From an uncultured Verrucomicrobiae bacterium (GTDB lineage: Bacteria > Verrucomicrobiota > Verrucomicrobiia > Chthoniobacterales > JAFAMB01): a stretch of 64,000 nt of DNA. The stretch is from assembly GCA_963837955.1 (NCBI GenBank), contig CAWIPH010000002.1, forward strand, positions 32,001 through 96,000. The letters are read 5' to 3'. The first letter of the stretch is position 1, and every line of letters starts with the position of its first letter. This document shows, piece by piece, positions 1 through 9,101 of the stretch. The position numbers and the translations under genes were made by a program. The notes beneath the pieces were generated by a model that was not told the origin of the DNA, did not search any database, and was given only the letters and a program-made list of their open reading frames with translations.

Positions 1-394
1 GGTCCTCGAATCTCAGCAGATTGGAGGCTTGTGGCCTTTGCCGTCGCAAGAGCGCTCGGAGTCGAGCAAGTAGTTCGACAACCGAGAAAGGCTTAACCAT
101 GTAGTCGTCGCCGCCGACGTCCAGGCCCCGCACTCTGTCCTCGATCTCTCCCCTGGCGGTGAGGAATAGGACCGGGGTCTGATTCTCTTTCCGGCGAAGA
201 GATCGCGCAATGGTGAACCCATCGCGAATCGGCATCATGACATCCAGGATGATCGCGTCGTAAGAGTTGTTTTCCGCCAGCCAGAGTGCTTCGTCGCCGT
301 CCTCGGCATAATCCACCGCGTATCCTTCAGCAGTCAGCGCCTGCTGAATATGCTTGCCGACCCTGATATCATCGTCAGCAAGAAGTATTCGCAT
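1..394 (-). CDS. OmpR/PhoB-family two-component response regulator (3' end outside the window)
   Basis: Not in the ORF track; manual translation from ATG 394 gives MRILLADDDIRVGKHIQQALTAEGYAVD...YDAIILDVMMPIRDG...TPVLFLTARGEIEDRVRGLDVGGDDYMVKPF, with receiver-domain DD, phospho-Asp, T and KPF motifs. GGAG RBS upstream. Confidence 0.93.
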   Translation of the reverse strand, partial: MRILLADDDIRVGKHIQQALTAEGYAVDYAEDGDEALWLAENNSYDAIILDVMMPIRDGFTIARSLRRKENQTPVLFLTARGEIEDRVRGLDVGGDDYMVKPFSVVELLARLRALLRRQRPQASNLLRFED

Positions 395-443
395 TGCTCC
401 AATCTAAGACTAGGGATGCCGATCACAATGGACCGGATCGATC

Positions 444-680
444 TTATTTCTTCGTAAGTATTTGAGTGGCGAGATCGAAGACATGGTACATGAACAACCC
501 GACCATCAGAAGCAGATAGACTCGCAGGGAGATGAGTGACCAGCGTACGCTATTGGTCATTTCCATTGGCGGGAGATGATCGGACTTGAGCTTCTGCTCC
601 GGAATATCGTCAAGCGGATGCACGACCAGGAAATAATTGTGTTCCTGCGGACTGGGTAGTTGAGTCGATGATAGAGCCAT
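444..680 (-). CDS. Small single-pass membrane protein co-transcribed with the NRAMP-related transporter
   Basis: 78-aa ORF with RBS (AAGGGAA) 28 bp after the transporter stop; C-terminal hydrophobic helix SLISLRVYLLLMVGLFMYHVF. Confidence 0.75.
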   Translation of the reverse strand: MALSSTQLPSPQEHNYFLVVHPLDDIPEQKLKSDHLPPMEMTNSVRWSLISLRVYLLLMVGLFMYHVFDLATQILTKK

Positions 681-708
681 AGAGTTCCCTTTCTTAGGTG
701 GTTTGGTT

Positions 709-2034
709 TCAGCTGCTGGTCGGGAATAGTTGCGGCGCCATGACTTGGGCGGCCAGGATCAACGAAAGAGCAAACAGGACGGTGATGATGGTCCAGTTGA
801 TGATATTATTCCATCGCTTGTTGACCCATTCATCGCCGAGCAGCTTATGGTCGTTGAGCAGCAGCTGCAGGAAGATAATCGCCGAGGGGAGAATGATCCC
901 GGCTAACACCTGAACGCCCAGGATAATCAATTGGAGAGGCGCTCCCGGGATCAGAACAATCGATGCCGCGAGTAAGGTGCAGACCGCGTAGATGCTATAG
1001 AAACCCGGAGCATCTTTGAACGACATGTTCAGGCTGTGTTTCCATCCTCGGACCTCGCTGTAGGCCCAAGCGCTGGACAAGGAGATGGCCGTAGTACCAA
1101 GGACGGCGGCGTTGCAAAACATTAGCAAAATGGCATTACGAACGAACTCGTTAGTAAACGGTAGGATCGCTTCGGCCATTTTTGCGGGATCCTCATAAGT
1201 CAGTCCGTGTTGGTGCGAGACATTGCCAACGATAATCATCGCTCCGGCCACCGTAACAGTGAAAGTAGCGCCAATTAACGTGTCCAAGCGTGCCCACTTC
1301 AGATCCGCAAAGCGCAGTTTTTTATCCGCGATACAGCTCTGCTGAAAGAAGAGCTGCCAGGGCGCGATCGTCGTACCGACAATAGCGATAACCAAGAAGA
1401 CAAGGTTCGGGGTGATGCCTCCTGGCGGGATGTTCGGGATGAGCGTGTGACGCACAACCGAGCTTGCGTGCGGGTGAGAAAAGAACGCGTTGACCAACCA
1501 AATAAGATCCAACAAGCAAAGTACGCACGTGATGCGCTCCCAACGTTTGTACCTTTGCGTTATTACGTGAATAACCAAGAGGATGGCTGCGATCGGCACC
1601 GAAATGTAGGGACTGATTCCCATTTGCTGAGTCGCCAAGGAAATCGCGGCGAATTCGGTTACGAGGGTTAGGAAATTGACTAGCAACAGGTCGAAGAGCG
1701 AGAAGCGGCCCCACCATTTACCAAATCGCTCGTAGATCATCGCGGCGTGACCCTTACCGGTGGCAATCCCTAACCGGACCACCATTTCCTGAATGAAGTA
1801 GCAGACCGGCAACAGCAGCAGCATCAGCCAGAGCAAATTGAGGCCGTACTGGCCGCCTGCTTGCGTATAGGTCGAGACGGCGCCGGCATCGTTGTCCGCT
1901 TCCATGACGATCAGGCCCGGGCCGAACACCATGAAAAAGGTAAGGATATTCCGCGCCCAGGTACCCTTCACTCGATACCCCCGGACCGGTGTGCGGAGTT
2001 CGTCCGCCGGTCCGCTCTCGGGCACCGGGCTCAT
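709..2034 (-). CDS. NRAMP/SLC11-related divalent cation transporter, probably the Mg2+-type (NRMT) clade
   Basis: 441-aa polytopic protein. TM1 reads GPGLIVMEADNDAG instead of canonical DPGN; TM6 reads GTTIAPW; QEMVVRLG motif present. Strong AAGGAGG RBS. Confidence 0.88.
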   Translation of the reverse strand: MSPVPESGPADELRTPVRGYRVKGTWARNILTFFMVFGPGLIVMEADNDAGAVSTYTQAGGQYGLNLLWLMLLLLPVCYFIQEMVVRLGIATGKGHAAMIYERFGKWWGRFSLFDLLLVNFLTLVTEFAAISLATQQMGISPYISVPIAAILLVIHVITQRYKRWERITCVLCLLDLIWLVNAFFSHPHASSVVRHTLIPNIPPGGITPNLVFLVIAIVGTTIAPWQLFFQQSCIADKKLRFADLKWARLDTLIGATFTVTVAGAMIIVGNVSHQHGLTYEDPAKMAEAILPFTNEFVRNAILLMFCNAAVLGTTAISLSSAWAYSEVRGWKHSLNMSFKDAPGFYSIYAVCTLLAASIVLIPGAPLQLIILGVQVLAGIILPSAIIFLQLLLNDHKLLGDEWVNKRWNNIINWTIITVLFALSLILAAQVMAPQLFPTSS

Positions 2035-2132
2035 TGAGCGCCTCCTTCTCTCAGTTCCACGATTGGATCGAGTCGGTAGTCCGGAACCCCGGCAGCTTGG
2101 TTGTCCTCCAGTGGCGTTCTCTCACGGCTCAT
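2031..2132 (-). CDS. Putative 33-aa leader peptide (uORF) whose stop overlaps the transporter start
   Basis: MSRERTPLEDNQAAGVPDYRLDPIVELREGGAQ*, preceded by ACAGGGAGAATTATT; its TGA overlaps the transporter ATG (ATGA). Confidence 0.55.
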   Translation of the reverse strand: MSRERTPLEDNQAAGVPDYRLDPIVELREGGAQ

Positions 2133-2233
2133 AATAATTCTCCCTGTTTAATTACGTTACGGAGCCGCGGGCGAAGCGGCGATAGCGACACAGGGCAATC
2201 TGCCAGAGCACGATAAATTTCCGGGAAGCCTGG

Positions 2234-2251
2234 GATTAAAAATTCTTAATC
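2234..2251. promoter_or_regulatory. AT-rich palindrome, candidate transcription-factor site for the transporter operon
   Basis: GATTAA-AAATTC-TTAATC; the two TTAA cores are spaced about one helical turn apart, ~100 bp upstream of the leader ORF. Confidence 0.35.
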
Positions 2252-2497
2252 TTGGGCCAACGACGTAGCTTGATCCTCCTGGCTCAGGGGGGCGCAGAGT
2301 GTGATTGGTGGGGCCTATCGGCAAATCTTCGGCAAAAATCCCCCCACCTCCCTCTCACTAATCACTAATTTAGTAAGCGGTCGGCGTACCTGGCGTATCC
2401 GATCTCCGGCATCGGCTCCCCGCTTACTAATCTAATCACTGATCACGTTTCGGGGGAACGAAGGCGGGAGCAAGATGGACGCGCGGAGCGCATCCCG

Positions 2498-3355
2498 CTA
2501 CAGCCGTTCCAAATAGACTCGGTACGGCGAATCGGGTAGGCTGGAAACCAGCTCCCTGAATTGTGCTCGATTCAAGAAGCCCATTTCCAGGGCGACCTGT
2601 TCGATGCAGCCAATCTTCAATCCCTGCCGCTTTTCGATGGTTGCAATGTAATTGCCGGCCTCCAGCAGACTCTCGTGCGTTCCGGTATCCAACCAGGCTA
2701 CACCTTGTTCGAGAATTTTGACGGTCAACTCGCCTCCGAACAGATATGCACGCGCCAGATCGGTGATCTCGAGCTCGCCCCGATCAGAAGGTTCCAAATT
2801 TTCAGCAATTTCGACGCAATGCTGATCGAACAAGTACAGACCAGCTACCGCATAGTTGCTCTTCGGATGCTTCGGTTTTTCCTGCAGTCCCGTGGCTTGC
2901 CCGAACCTATCAAATTCAACCACGCCATAGCGTTCGGGATCGCTGACCGGATAGGCGAATATTGCGCCACCCTTGTCGATTCGTAGCGCTTCGCGCAAGA
3001 AGTCCAGGTTCCCGTGAAAGATGTTATCACCCAGGATCAGCGCAATCCCTTGATCACCAATAAAATCGCTCCCGACGATAAACGCATGTGCAATACCGGC
3101 AGGTTTCGCCTGTTCAGCATAGGCAATGTTTAGTCCAAGCTTTGATCCATCTCCGAACAGCTCTCGAAACCTCGGCAAATCTCGTGGCGTCGAGATGAGA
3201 AGGATGTCGCGGATGCCCGCTTGCATCAATGTGGCCAAAGGATAGAAGACCAACGGTTTATCGTAAACGGGAAGAAGCTGTTTGCAGACGACGTCGGTGA
3301 GAGGATGGAGCCGCGTACCGGCGCCCCCCGCTAGGACGATCCCTTTAGTAATCAT
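2498..3355 (-). CDS. rfbA: Glucose-1-phosphate thymidylyltransferase
   Basis: KGIVLAGGAGTRLHPLT, KQLLPVYDKP, LGDNIF, ERYGVVEF, EKP, RGELEITD, WLDTGT motifs. Confidence 0.96.
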   Translation of the reverse strand: MITKGIVLAGGAGTRLHPLTDVVCKQLLPVYDKPLVFYPLATLMQAGIRDILLISTPRDLPRFRELFGDGSKLGLNIAYAEQAKPAGIAHAFIVGSDFIGDQGIALILGDNIFHGNLDFLREALRIDKGGAIFAYPVSDPERYGVVEFDRFGQATGLQEKPKHPKSNYAVAGLYLFDQHCVEIAENLEPSDRGELEITDLARAYLFGGELTVKILEQGVAWLDTGTHESLLEAGNYIATIEKRQGLKIGCIEQVALEMGFLNRAQFRELVSSLPDSPYRVYLERL

Positions 3356-3374
3356 AGTTGGACCGAAGAGAAAC

Positions 3375-3742
3375 TCACGCCAAGCGGCGAAAGAATCTCA
3401 CGCAAAGACCCGGAGAATCTCACGCAAAGACGCAAAGACGCAAAGTTTTGAAAGGGAGTCCGGGCCGTCGAAAGCCACAGTGATTTGTGAGAAGTGATTG
3501 GTGATGGGGTGAAAATCCTCGCAAAGGTAGCGTAGCCTGATGCTCCGCCTCAGGAGATTGGCGCGCCTTGGATTCCTGAGGCGGAGCATCAGGCTACTCT
3601 GGCTTCGTTCCGCCCATAAAACGGCATCGACCGCATTGTCCGCTCAAACTTTGCGTCTTTGCGTCTTTGCGTGAGATTCGAATAAGGACCGGCGGGAGCC
3701 GATCCCTACCGGTCTTGGCGTGAGATTCTTCTTTGCGTGAGA
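3375..3742. repeat. Intergenic repeat cluster: (CGCAAAGA)n arrays in inverted orientation around a GTAG-type palindrome
   Basis: TCACGCAAAGACGCAAAGACGCAAAG on the left (3375-3445) and its complement CTTTGCGTCTTTGCGTCTTTGCGTGAGA on the right (3649-3742). Confidence 0.85.
3476..3600. repeat. 125-bp REP/REPIN-like element, copy 1 (inverted copy at 59671-59795)
   Basis: Contains the palindrome GTAGCCTGATGCTCCGCCTCAGGA...TCCTGAGGCGGAGCATCAGGCTAC; 3 mismatches to the reverse complement of copy 2 by eye. Confidence 0.9.
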
Positions 3743-3744
3743 TC

Positions 3745-4191
3745 TCAAATCTCGAAGGCCATGACGGGACGCTCCCGGCTCTCATCGAGCATATCCTGGA
3801 TCGATTTATTGCCGAACAGCTCCCGGAGCATTTCCCGGGCTTGCCGGATTACCGGTCGAAGGGGGCAGCGGAGCGGATCCGGACATCCGCATCGATCGGC
3901 CGATCTATCCAAAGCACAAGGCAGAGGAGCGATTTCGCCATCCAACAGTTCGATGATCTGCAACATGGTCAATTCTGAGGCGCGTTTGCGCAGGGTATAG
4001 CCCCCGCCAACGCCACGTTTGCTTGAGAGAATGCCGTGGTTACGCAGGGCTAACAGAATTTGCTCGAGAAACTTAACCGGGATGTTACCTCGCTCGGAGA
4101 GCTCTTGAATCTGGTGAATTTTGCCGGGGGGATCTTGAGCGATAATGAATAAAGCGCGTAAAGCATACTCCGCTTTCCGAGAAATCCGCAT
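3745..4191 (-). CDS. Rrf2-family transcriptional regulator
   Basis: MRISRKAEYALRAL, IPVKFLEQILLAL, SKRGVGGGYTL; C-terminal Cys cluster (PLPC...RCGCPDPLRC). Confidence 0.93.
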   Translation of the reverse strand: MRISRKAEYALRALFIIAQDPPGKIHQIQELSERGNIPVKFLEQILLALRNHGILSSKRGVGGGYTLRKRASELTMLQIIELLDGEIAPLPCALDRSADRCGCPDPLRCPLRPVIRQAREMLRELFGNKSIQDMLDESRERPVMAFEI

Positions 4192-4194
4192 AAT

Positions 4195-4490
4195 CTAATC
4201 TCTTCCGTTTTGAGCAGCCAAAGGTTCGCGGCCGTCAAATAGTCGCTCGTAGGTGGCAGCAATGACCCGCCAATCGTAATTGGCGCTGACGCTGACGCGA
4301 GCCGAATCACTCATCCGCTGCCATCGAGCAGGCGACTTCCAAAGCCGCACGATTTCTGCTGCGATCATTTCGCAATTCATCAATCGAGAAGAGTAAACCA
4401 TTTTCTTGATCTAATACCAGATCAACATTGCCTGGAATACGGCTGGCGACAACCGGTAGACCAGACGCAAGCGCCTCAAGTAGAATAACG
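4195..4490 (-). pseudogene. C-terminal remnant of a GT4 glycosyltransferase
   Basis: ILLEALASGLPVVASRIPGNVDLVLDQENGLL, then in another frame WQRMSDSARVSVSANYDWRVIAATYERLF. No N-terminal domain; the 5' end abuts an AACGCCGGG repeat array. Confidence 0.8.
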
Positions 4491-4642
4491 CCGGGAACGC
4501 CGGGAACGCCGGGAACGCCGTTATCGCCGGGAACGCGAAAACCGTGAGAAGTGATTGGTAAGACGTGCGAGCCAAAACACCGCGGCTCTTGCACCTTTAG
4601 CCTGAATATCCCGTGTTCGGTGTTCGATCTGCAATTTGCTAT

Positions 4643-5863
4643 TTACGATGCGTGCGCGGCGGGTCTACCGAAGGCGGCCGCCCGAAGCGCCTCCTCGTAG
4701 CCGTCAGTGATTCTTTCGAGATCGAACTTCTCCGCTGCAGACCAGCTGGCTTCGCGAATCTGCCGAAGCCGGTTGGGGTTGGTAAGCAGATCTCTGAGCT
4801 TGATGATCCAAGCCCCAGGGTTCTCAAGCGGGAGCAGCCATCCGCTAACACCGTCGGTAACGGTGTCATGAAGCGTCGGTAAATCTGAGGCGACCACGGC
4901 GAGCCCGAACTTTAACGCCTCTAAAACAGCGACAGATAAACCCTCCACCTTAGAGGGGAGAAGAAAGATGTCTGCCTCAGAGAGAAGCTGGTCGACAGCC
5001 TGCCGTGGGACCCAGCCGTGAAAGCGGACCCGACCCGTCAAGCCAGATTGAGCGAGACCCTGTTCAAGCTTTGGGCGCTCTTCTCCGTCCCCGACGATGT
5101 CAAACTCCCAAGTCAGATCCCGTAAGCCGGAGAGGACAGGTATGATGTAGTCCAGGTTCTTTTGTGGATTGAGCCTGCCCACGAAGATAAGCCTCGGCGT
5201 GCTCCCCTTCCGATCAGCGAGAGGTGGGCGCCCATTGAGGGCGATACCATTTGAGATCACGGTAGGGCTACGTCCGTAGGCCCGGTACGATAAATCGGCC
5301 ACGAATTGGCTGACGGCGGTCACACCAGCAGCGCGTGACCAGATCGGCCAAATAGCCGGGCCGAGCCAGCGAAACAGATTGTTCGTTTGTTCCGGCACCG
5401 CGCCGGGGACGTCACCAAGATGCGCCGTGATCACATAAGGCAGTCGCCCCAAACTGGCTGCCGCCAAAGCCACGGCGCCGGTGGGAACCGCAAAGTGCGC
5501 ATGGAGGACGTCGGGCCTAAACTGCCTCAGATGGCCCAAAGTGGGACCAAAGCTTGTTACGACATATCCGCCCATTTCCAAGGGCGAGCAACGGTCAGGT
5601 CGAGAACGGAAACCCCAGGTTCGAAAAACCTCCACTCCGGCGTCAATTTCCTGGCTAGTCTGTCCGGCCAGACGCACCGTTTGAGCCCGAATATGATGAC
5701 CACGCCGGGCAAGGGCCTCTGCCACATCTTTTGCGACCCGGCCTCCGCCACCGCCGACAGGAGGCCACTCGTAGCACAGCACCAGAATCCGCAGCGGGCG
5801 CAGCGGATCCTGCGAGAGTGATGTATTGAGTTTTGAGTTTTGAGTTCGGGGTCTTGGGTCCAA
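4643..5863 (-). CDS. Glycosyltransferase family 4 (true start probably somewhat downstream of 5863)
   Basis: RILVLCYEWPPVGGGGG, HAHFAVP, FVGRLNPQK, LPSKVEGLSVAVLEA (EX7E). Confidence 0.92.
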   Translation of the reverse strand: MDPRPRTQNSKLNTSLSQDPLRPLRILVLCYEWPPVGGGGGRVAKDVAEALARRGHHIRAQTVRLAGQTSQEIDAGVEVFRTWGFRSRPDRCSPLEMGGYVVTSFGPTLGHLRQFRPDVLHAHFAVPTGAVALAAASLGRLPYVITAHLGDVPGAVPEQTNNLFRWLGPAIWPIWSRAAGVTAVSQFVADLSYRAYGRSPTVISNGIALNGRPPLADRKGSTPRLIFVGRLNPQKNLDYIIPVLSGLRDLTWEFDIVGDGEERPKLEQGLAQSGLTGRVRFHGWVPRQAVDQLLSEADIFLLPSKVEGLSVAVLEALKFGLAVVASDLPTLHDTVTDGVSGWLLPLENPGAWIIKLRDLLTNPNRLRQIREASWSAAEKFDLERITDGYEEALRAAAFGRPAAHAS

Positions 5864-6002
5864 GGTGCCTCTGCCGTCCTATTCGGCCGAAGATTGTTTT
5901 TTCGCGAGAAATTTTAGTTCCTGGCTTGATACCATCTAGGATTTGCGCGGCACAGGAAGCACATAGGCATCAAGCTAACCTGCGGTAATGCTGCCCCTGA
6001 TC

Positions 6003-6050
6003 GGTAGGGCGAAAGCTTGAGGCGGTATCGGCCGCCTCGGCTTGAGCCGT
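6003..6050 (+). repeat. 48-nt GTAG-type hairpin element, copy 1 (copy 2 at 61207-61254)
   Basis: GGTAGGGCGAAAGC...TCGGCTTGAGCCGT ends shared with copy 2; inner stem GAGGCGG/CCGCCTC. Confidence 0.75.
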
Positions 6051-6226
6051 CTCTCGGCTCCAACGCACCGGTTTTAACCACTTTCATCCTGCTCTCAGAA
6101 AATGGGACGAGAAAGATTGATTCCCGCGTGCGGCTCAAACCCGGCGCGAACCACGCAAGCAGACATTGCAACGCCTTCCACGCGCCGAAGTTTTCGCCCT
6201 ACCAATTATGCCTGACGCTCGCAGCC

Positions 6227-6773
6227 CTAAATCTTACGCAAACGAGCGGCGAGGACCGCAGTGCTACCGCTCACGATGGCAATGAGTGCGATGATCCAGC
6301 GGATGCCGAAAATCGCCACTGCGGACTGGCCAAGAAATACAAAAAGCAAAAATACCAAAAGCAACCATCCAATCGCTCCGATGGAGCTTACGATCAGAAA
6401 CTTCGGGGTCGGATACCTTAACAAGCCGGACACAATAAGAAGCGCGGTGCGCGTTCCGAGAACCAATCGGCTAAAAATAAGCGTGAATCCGCCGTATCGC
6501 TCAAACCAACGCGATGCTCGATGGGTTTTATGCAGCGGTAGTAGTCGCTGAGCCCAGCGCGATTCCAAAACGCGCCTTCCACCAAGGTACATTACTCAAA
6601 TAGATCCCGATATCGCTCACCCACATTCCCAAAAAACATGCGGCAAATGTCAGCCAATAAGGAAATACACCGTTGTAACCCAGCAACGCGCTGCTCACCA
6701 CAGCCGAATCTTCCTGGACGAATGCCAGGAAAAACAAACCAATCAAAACAGAGTAATTGGGGTGATCCATCAT
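6227..6773 (-). pseudogene. DedA/VTT-family membrane protein, split by a 1-nt frameshift near 6592
   Basis: ORF 6528-6773 (AFVQEDSAVV...GMWVSDIGIY) continues into 6227-6592 (YLGGR...RWFERYGGFTLIFSRLVLGTR...SGLLRY). Confidence 0.8.
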
Positions 6774-7044
6774 GAGCTGAGCTTTAGCCTCTTTGGGCGA
6801 GCGGATCCTTCTTCAATTCGTCCTTATAGTCGTCGATGCGTCGAATTACCCCTGATGGGGAGGGCACGCGTCCTCGCGCGCCGTCGTTGTTTCACCCAGG
6901 GACGAAACCAGACGATGGAACGCAGATGTCAGCATCGTGGGTTAGGCAGCGGATTGCGGGGACGCAATCCCTCCCGGTGTTTACTCGTTGGATCGCCCTG
7001 GGAATCGAGGACGACGACGAGGACGAGAACGAATATTCTCGCAA

Positions 7045-8898
7045 TCACCCCGCCGGCACCATCTCTGAATGAGCTAACAGCCACGCGCACCACAGCATTC
7101 CACGGTCATCCCTTTTCCCAGCCTGGTGTTCCGATAACCGCCCCTTTATCCATTCCCAATCCAGCATGGATGGCGATGAGCTGCTGGCAAAACGCAGATC
7201 ACCAGACTGGAACCAGCGTCCGATCGGAACCCCGAATCCTTTCTTTGGCCGATCAATGATGGCATCCGGAACAAGTCCGCGCACGGCCTTTCTCAAAAGA
7301 TGCTTGGTGGTTCCGCCGCGGAGTTTAAAAGAACTCGGAATCCGTCGGACAAAATCCACAACATTGACGTCCAGGAACGGGCAACGCACCTCCAAACCAT
7401 GGGCCATGCTGGAGCGGTCCACTTTGACCAGAATGTCGTCTTGTAAATAGAGTCGGATATAAAATTGCATGGTCCGCTCGACATCGTTCTGCGCGGTAGA
7501 TTCGTTCCAGGCTTCGGTGGCTTCAGAGTAAAGTTCTTCGGTGTCAATTTTTTGCCGGAACAGCCGCCCTATTTCGTCTGGGTCGAGCGGTCCCATCCAC
7601 GCCGGCATCCAATGGGACCTATGGTATGACAGACCTCTCAAGGTACGTTTCACGCGAAAATCTAAACTCATATTCACGTGAGAGACCGGCATGTGTTCGA
7701 CCGCCATCCGCGCCGTCCGATGCACAAGCTGGGGAACGAGTTGCTGGTAGGGGACCGCGAAGCGGAGAGCACGGAACGGATCATAGCCGGCAAACAGTTC
7801 ATCGCTGGCGTCGCCGGTCAGGACTACCTTGACGTCTTGCCGCGCGAGTTGGGCCACCAATCCAGTCGGCAGGATCGAACTGTCACCCATGACCTCATCC
7901 AGCTGTTTCGAGGTAGCCGAACACAGCTCCAGACAGCGCTCGATCGAGAATATTTCTTCTCTGTGCTTAGTACCGGCGGAAGTAGCAGCCAACCGGGCAT
8001 AATCACGCTCATCGAAGCTCTTTTCAGTAAAACCGATGCTGAACGATCGGATCCCCTGGTGATGACGCGAAGCGAGCTTAGCTACTAACGTGGAATCGAT
8101 ACCTCCGCTTAAGAATAGACCTACCGGCACATCCGCATTGAGGCGAACTCGCACAGCCTCATCCAACAGGCGGATTAGCTCGGCTCCCCACTGTTCTTCC
8201 GCATCCTTTGGAACGGTGGCAAACGGAGCGAACTGAAATTCCCAATACTTGACGATTTTTGGGATAAGATCAGAGACCGAAATGCGCAACCAATGCCCGG
8301 CCGGAAGTTTTCGTACTCGGGCGAGCATCGTTAGCGGTGCTGGTATAAAACCGTAAGCGAAGAGCTTTTGCAGAGCTACCGGATCTAACGAAGCTGGAAC
8401 TCGCGGGTGTTGGCGCAGTGCGGTGAGCTCTGAAGCGAAAGCAAAACAGCGCTCATCCGAGTAATAGAATAAGGGTTTTTTACCAAATCGGTCGCGGCTC
8501 AAAAAGAGTTCGTTCTTGGCCCGATCGAAAATGGCGAATGCCCACATGCCGTTGAGCCGGTCGAGCATGGCCGGTCCCCACTCCCGGTATCCATGCAGCA
8601 GAACTTCGGTATCCGAATGATCGGTCTGAAATCGATGTCCTGCCTTTTCCAGCTCCTGGCGGAGCTCGACATGATTGTAAATTTCGCCGTTGAAGGTGAT
8701 CACCAACGCCTCATCGGCGGTTTTCATCGGCTGACTACCGCCGGCGAGATCGACAATCGAGAGAATTCGGTGCCCGAAAAAGACCTGATCTCCAGTCCAG
8801 AATCCTTCGCCATCCGGACCGCGATGATTCACTCGAGCCGTCATCCGGACCAAGTCCTCGCGGTTTCCTTCTCCAACGAATCCGGCGATCCCGCACAT
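7045..8898 (-). CDS. asnB: Asparagine synthase (glutamine-hydrolysing)-family amidotransferase
   Basis: True start MCGIAG at 8898; HRGPD, FNGEIYN, SDTEV, LSGGIDS, RCPFLD, RPKKGF motifs. Confidence 0.93.
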   Translation of the reverse strand: MCGIAGFVGEGNREDLVRMTARVNHRGPDGEGFWTGDQVFFGHRILSIVDLAGGSQPMKTADEALVITFNGEIYNHVELRQELEKAGHRFQTDHSDTEVLLHGYREWGPAMLDRLNGMWAFAIFDRAKNELFLSRDRFGKKPLFYYSDERCFAFASELTALRQHPRVPASLDPVALQKLFAYGFIPAPLTMLARVRKLPAGHWLRISVSDLIPKIVKYWEFQFAPFATVPKDAEEQWGAELIRLLDEAVRVRLNADVPVGLFLSGGIDSTLVAKLASRHHQGIRSFSIGFTEKSFDERDYARLAATSAGTKHREEIFSIERCLELCSATSKQLDEVMGDSSILPTGLVAQLARQDVKVVLTGDASDELFAGYDPFRALRFAVPYQQLVPQLVHRTARMAVEHMPVSHVNMSLDFRVKRTLRGLSYHRSHWMPAWMGPLDPDEIGRLFRQKIDTEELYSEATEAWNESTAQNDVERTMQFYIRLYLQDDILVKVDRSSMAHGLEVRCPFLDVNVVDFVRRIPSSFKLRGGTTKHLLRKAVRGLVPDAIIDRPKKGFGVPIGRWFQSGDLRFASSSSPSMLDWEWIKGRLSEHQAGKRDDRGMLWCAWLLAHSEMVPAG

Positions 8899-8926
8899 AA
8901 ACTCAGCCCATACCTGTGGCGGGGGG

Positions 8927-9100
8927 AAATAGCAAATAGCAGATAGCAGGGGGGAGAGAACGCCGGGAGCGCACGGGAACGCCGGGAACGCCGGGAACGC
9001 CAAAGCCAAACACCAAACGCCAAACGCCAAACGCCGCGATATCGGCAGCTAATCGGCCGTTTAACCTGTATTCCTTTGCGCCTTTGCGTCTTTGCGTGAG
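8927..9100. repeat. Mixed short tandem repeats
   Basis: AAATAGC-like 7-mers, AACGCCGGG 9-mers, CCAAACG 7-mers and CTTTGCGT 8-mers in succession. Confidence 0.8.
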
Positions 9101-9101
9101 G

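Noticed and set aside
2035..2260. M-box (ykoK) or yybP-ykoY riboswitch upstream of the transporter
   Set aside because: I could not recognise their conserved sequence blocks by eye; an Rfam scan is needed to exclude them formally.
8899..9030. 44-aa N-terminal extension of AsnB in the ORF track
   Set aside because: It is repeat-derived; Ntn amidotransferases need Cys at position 2, so the start is MCG at 8898.
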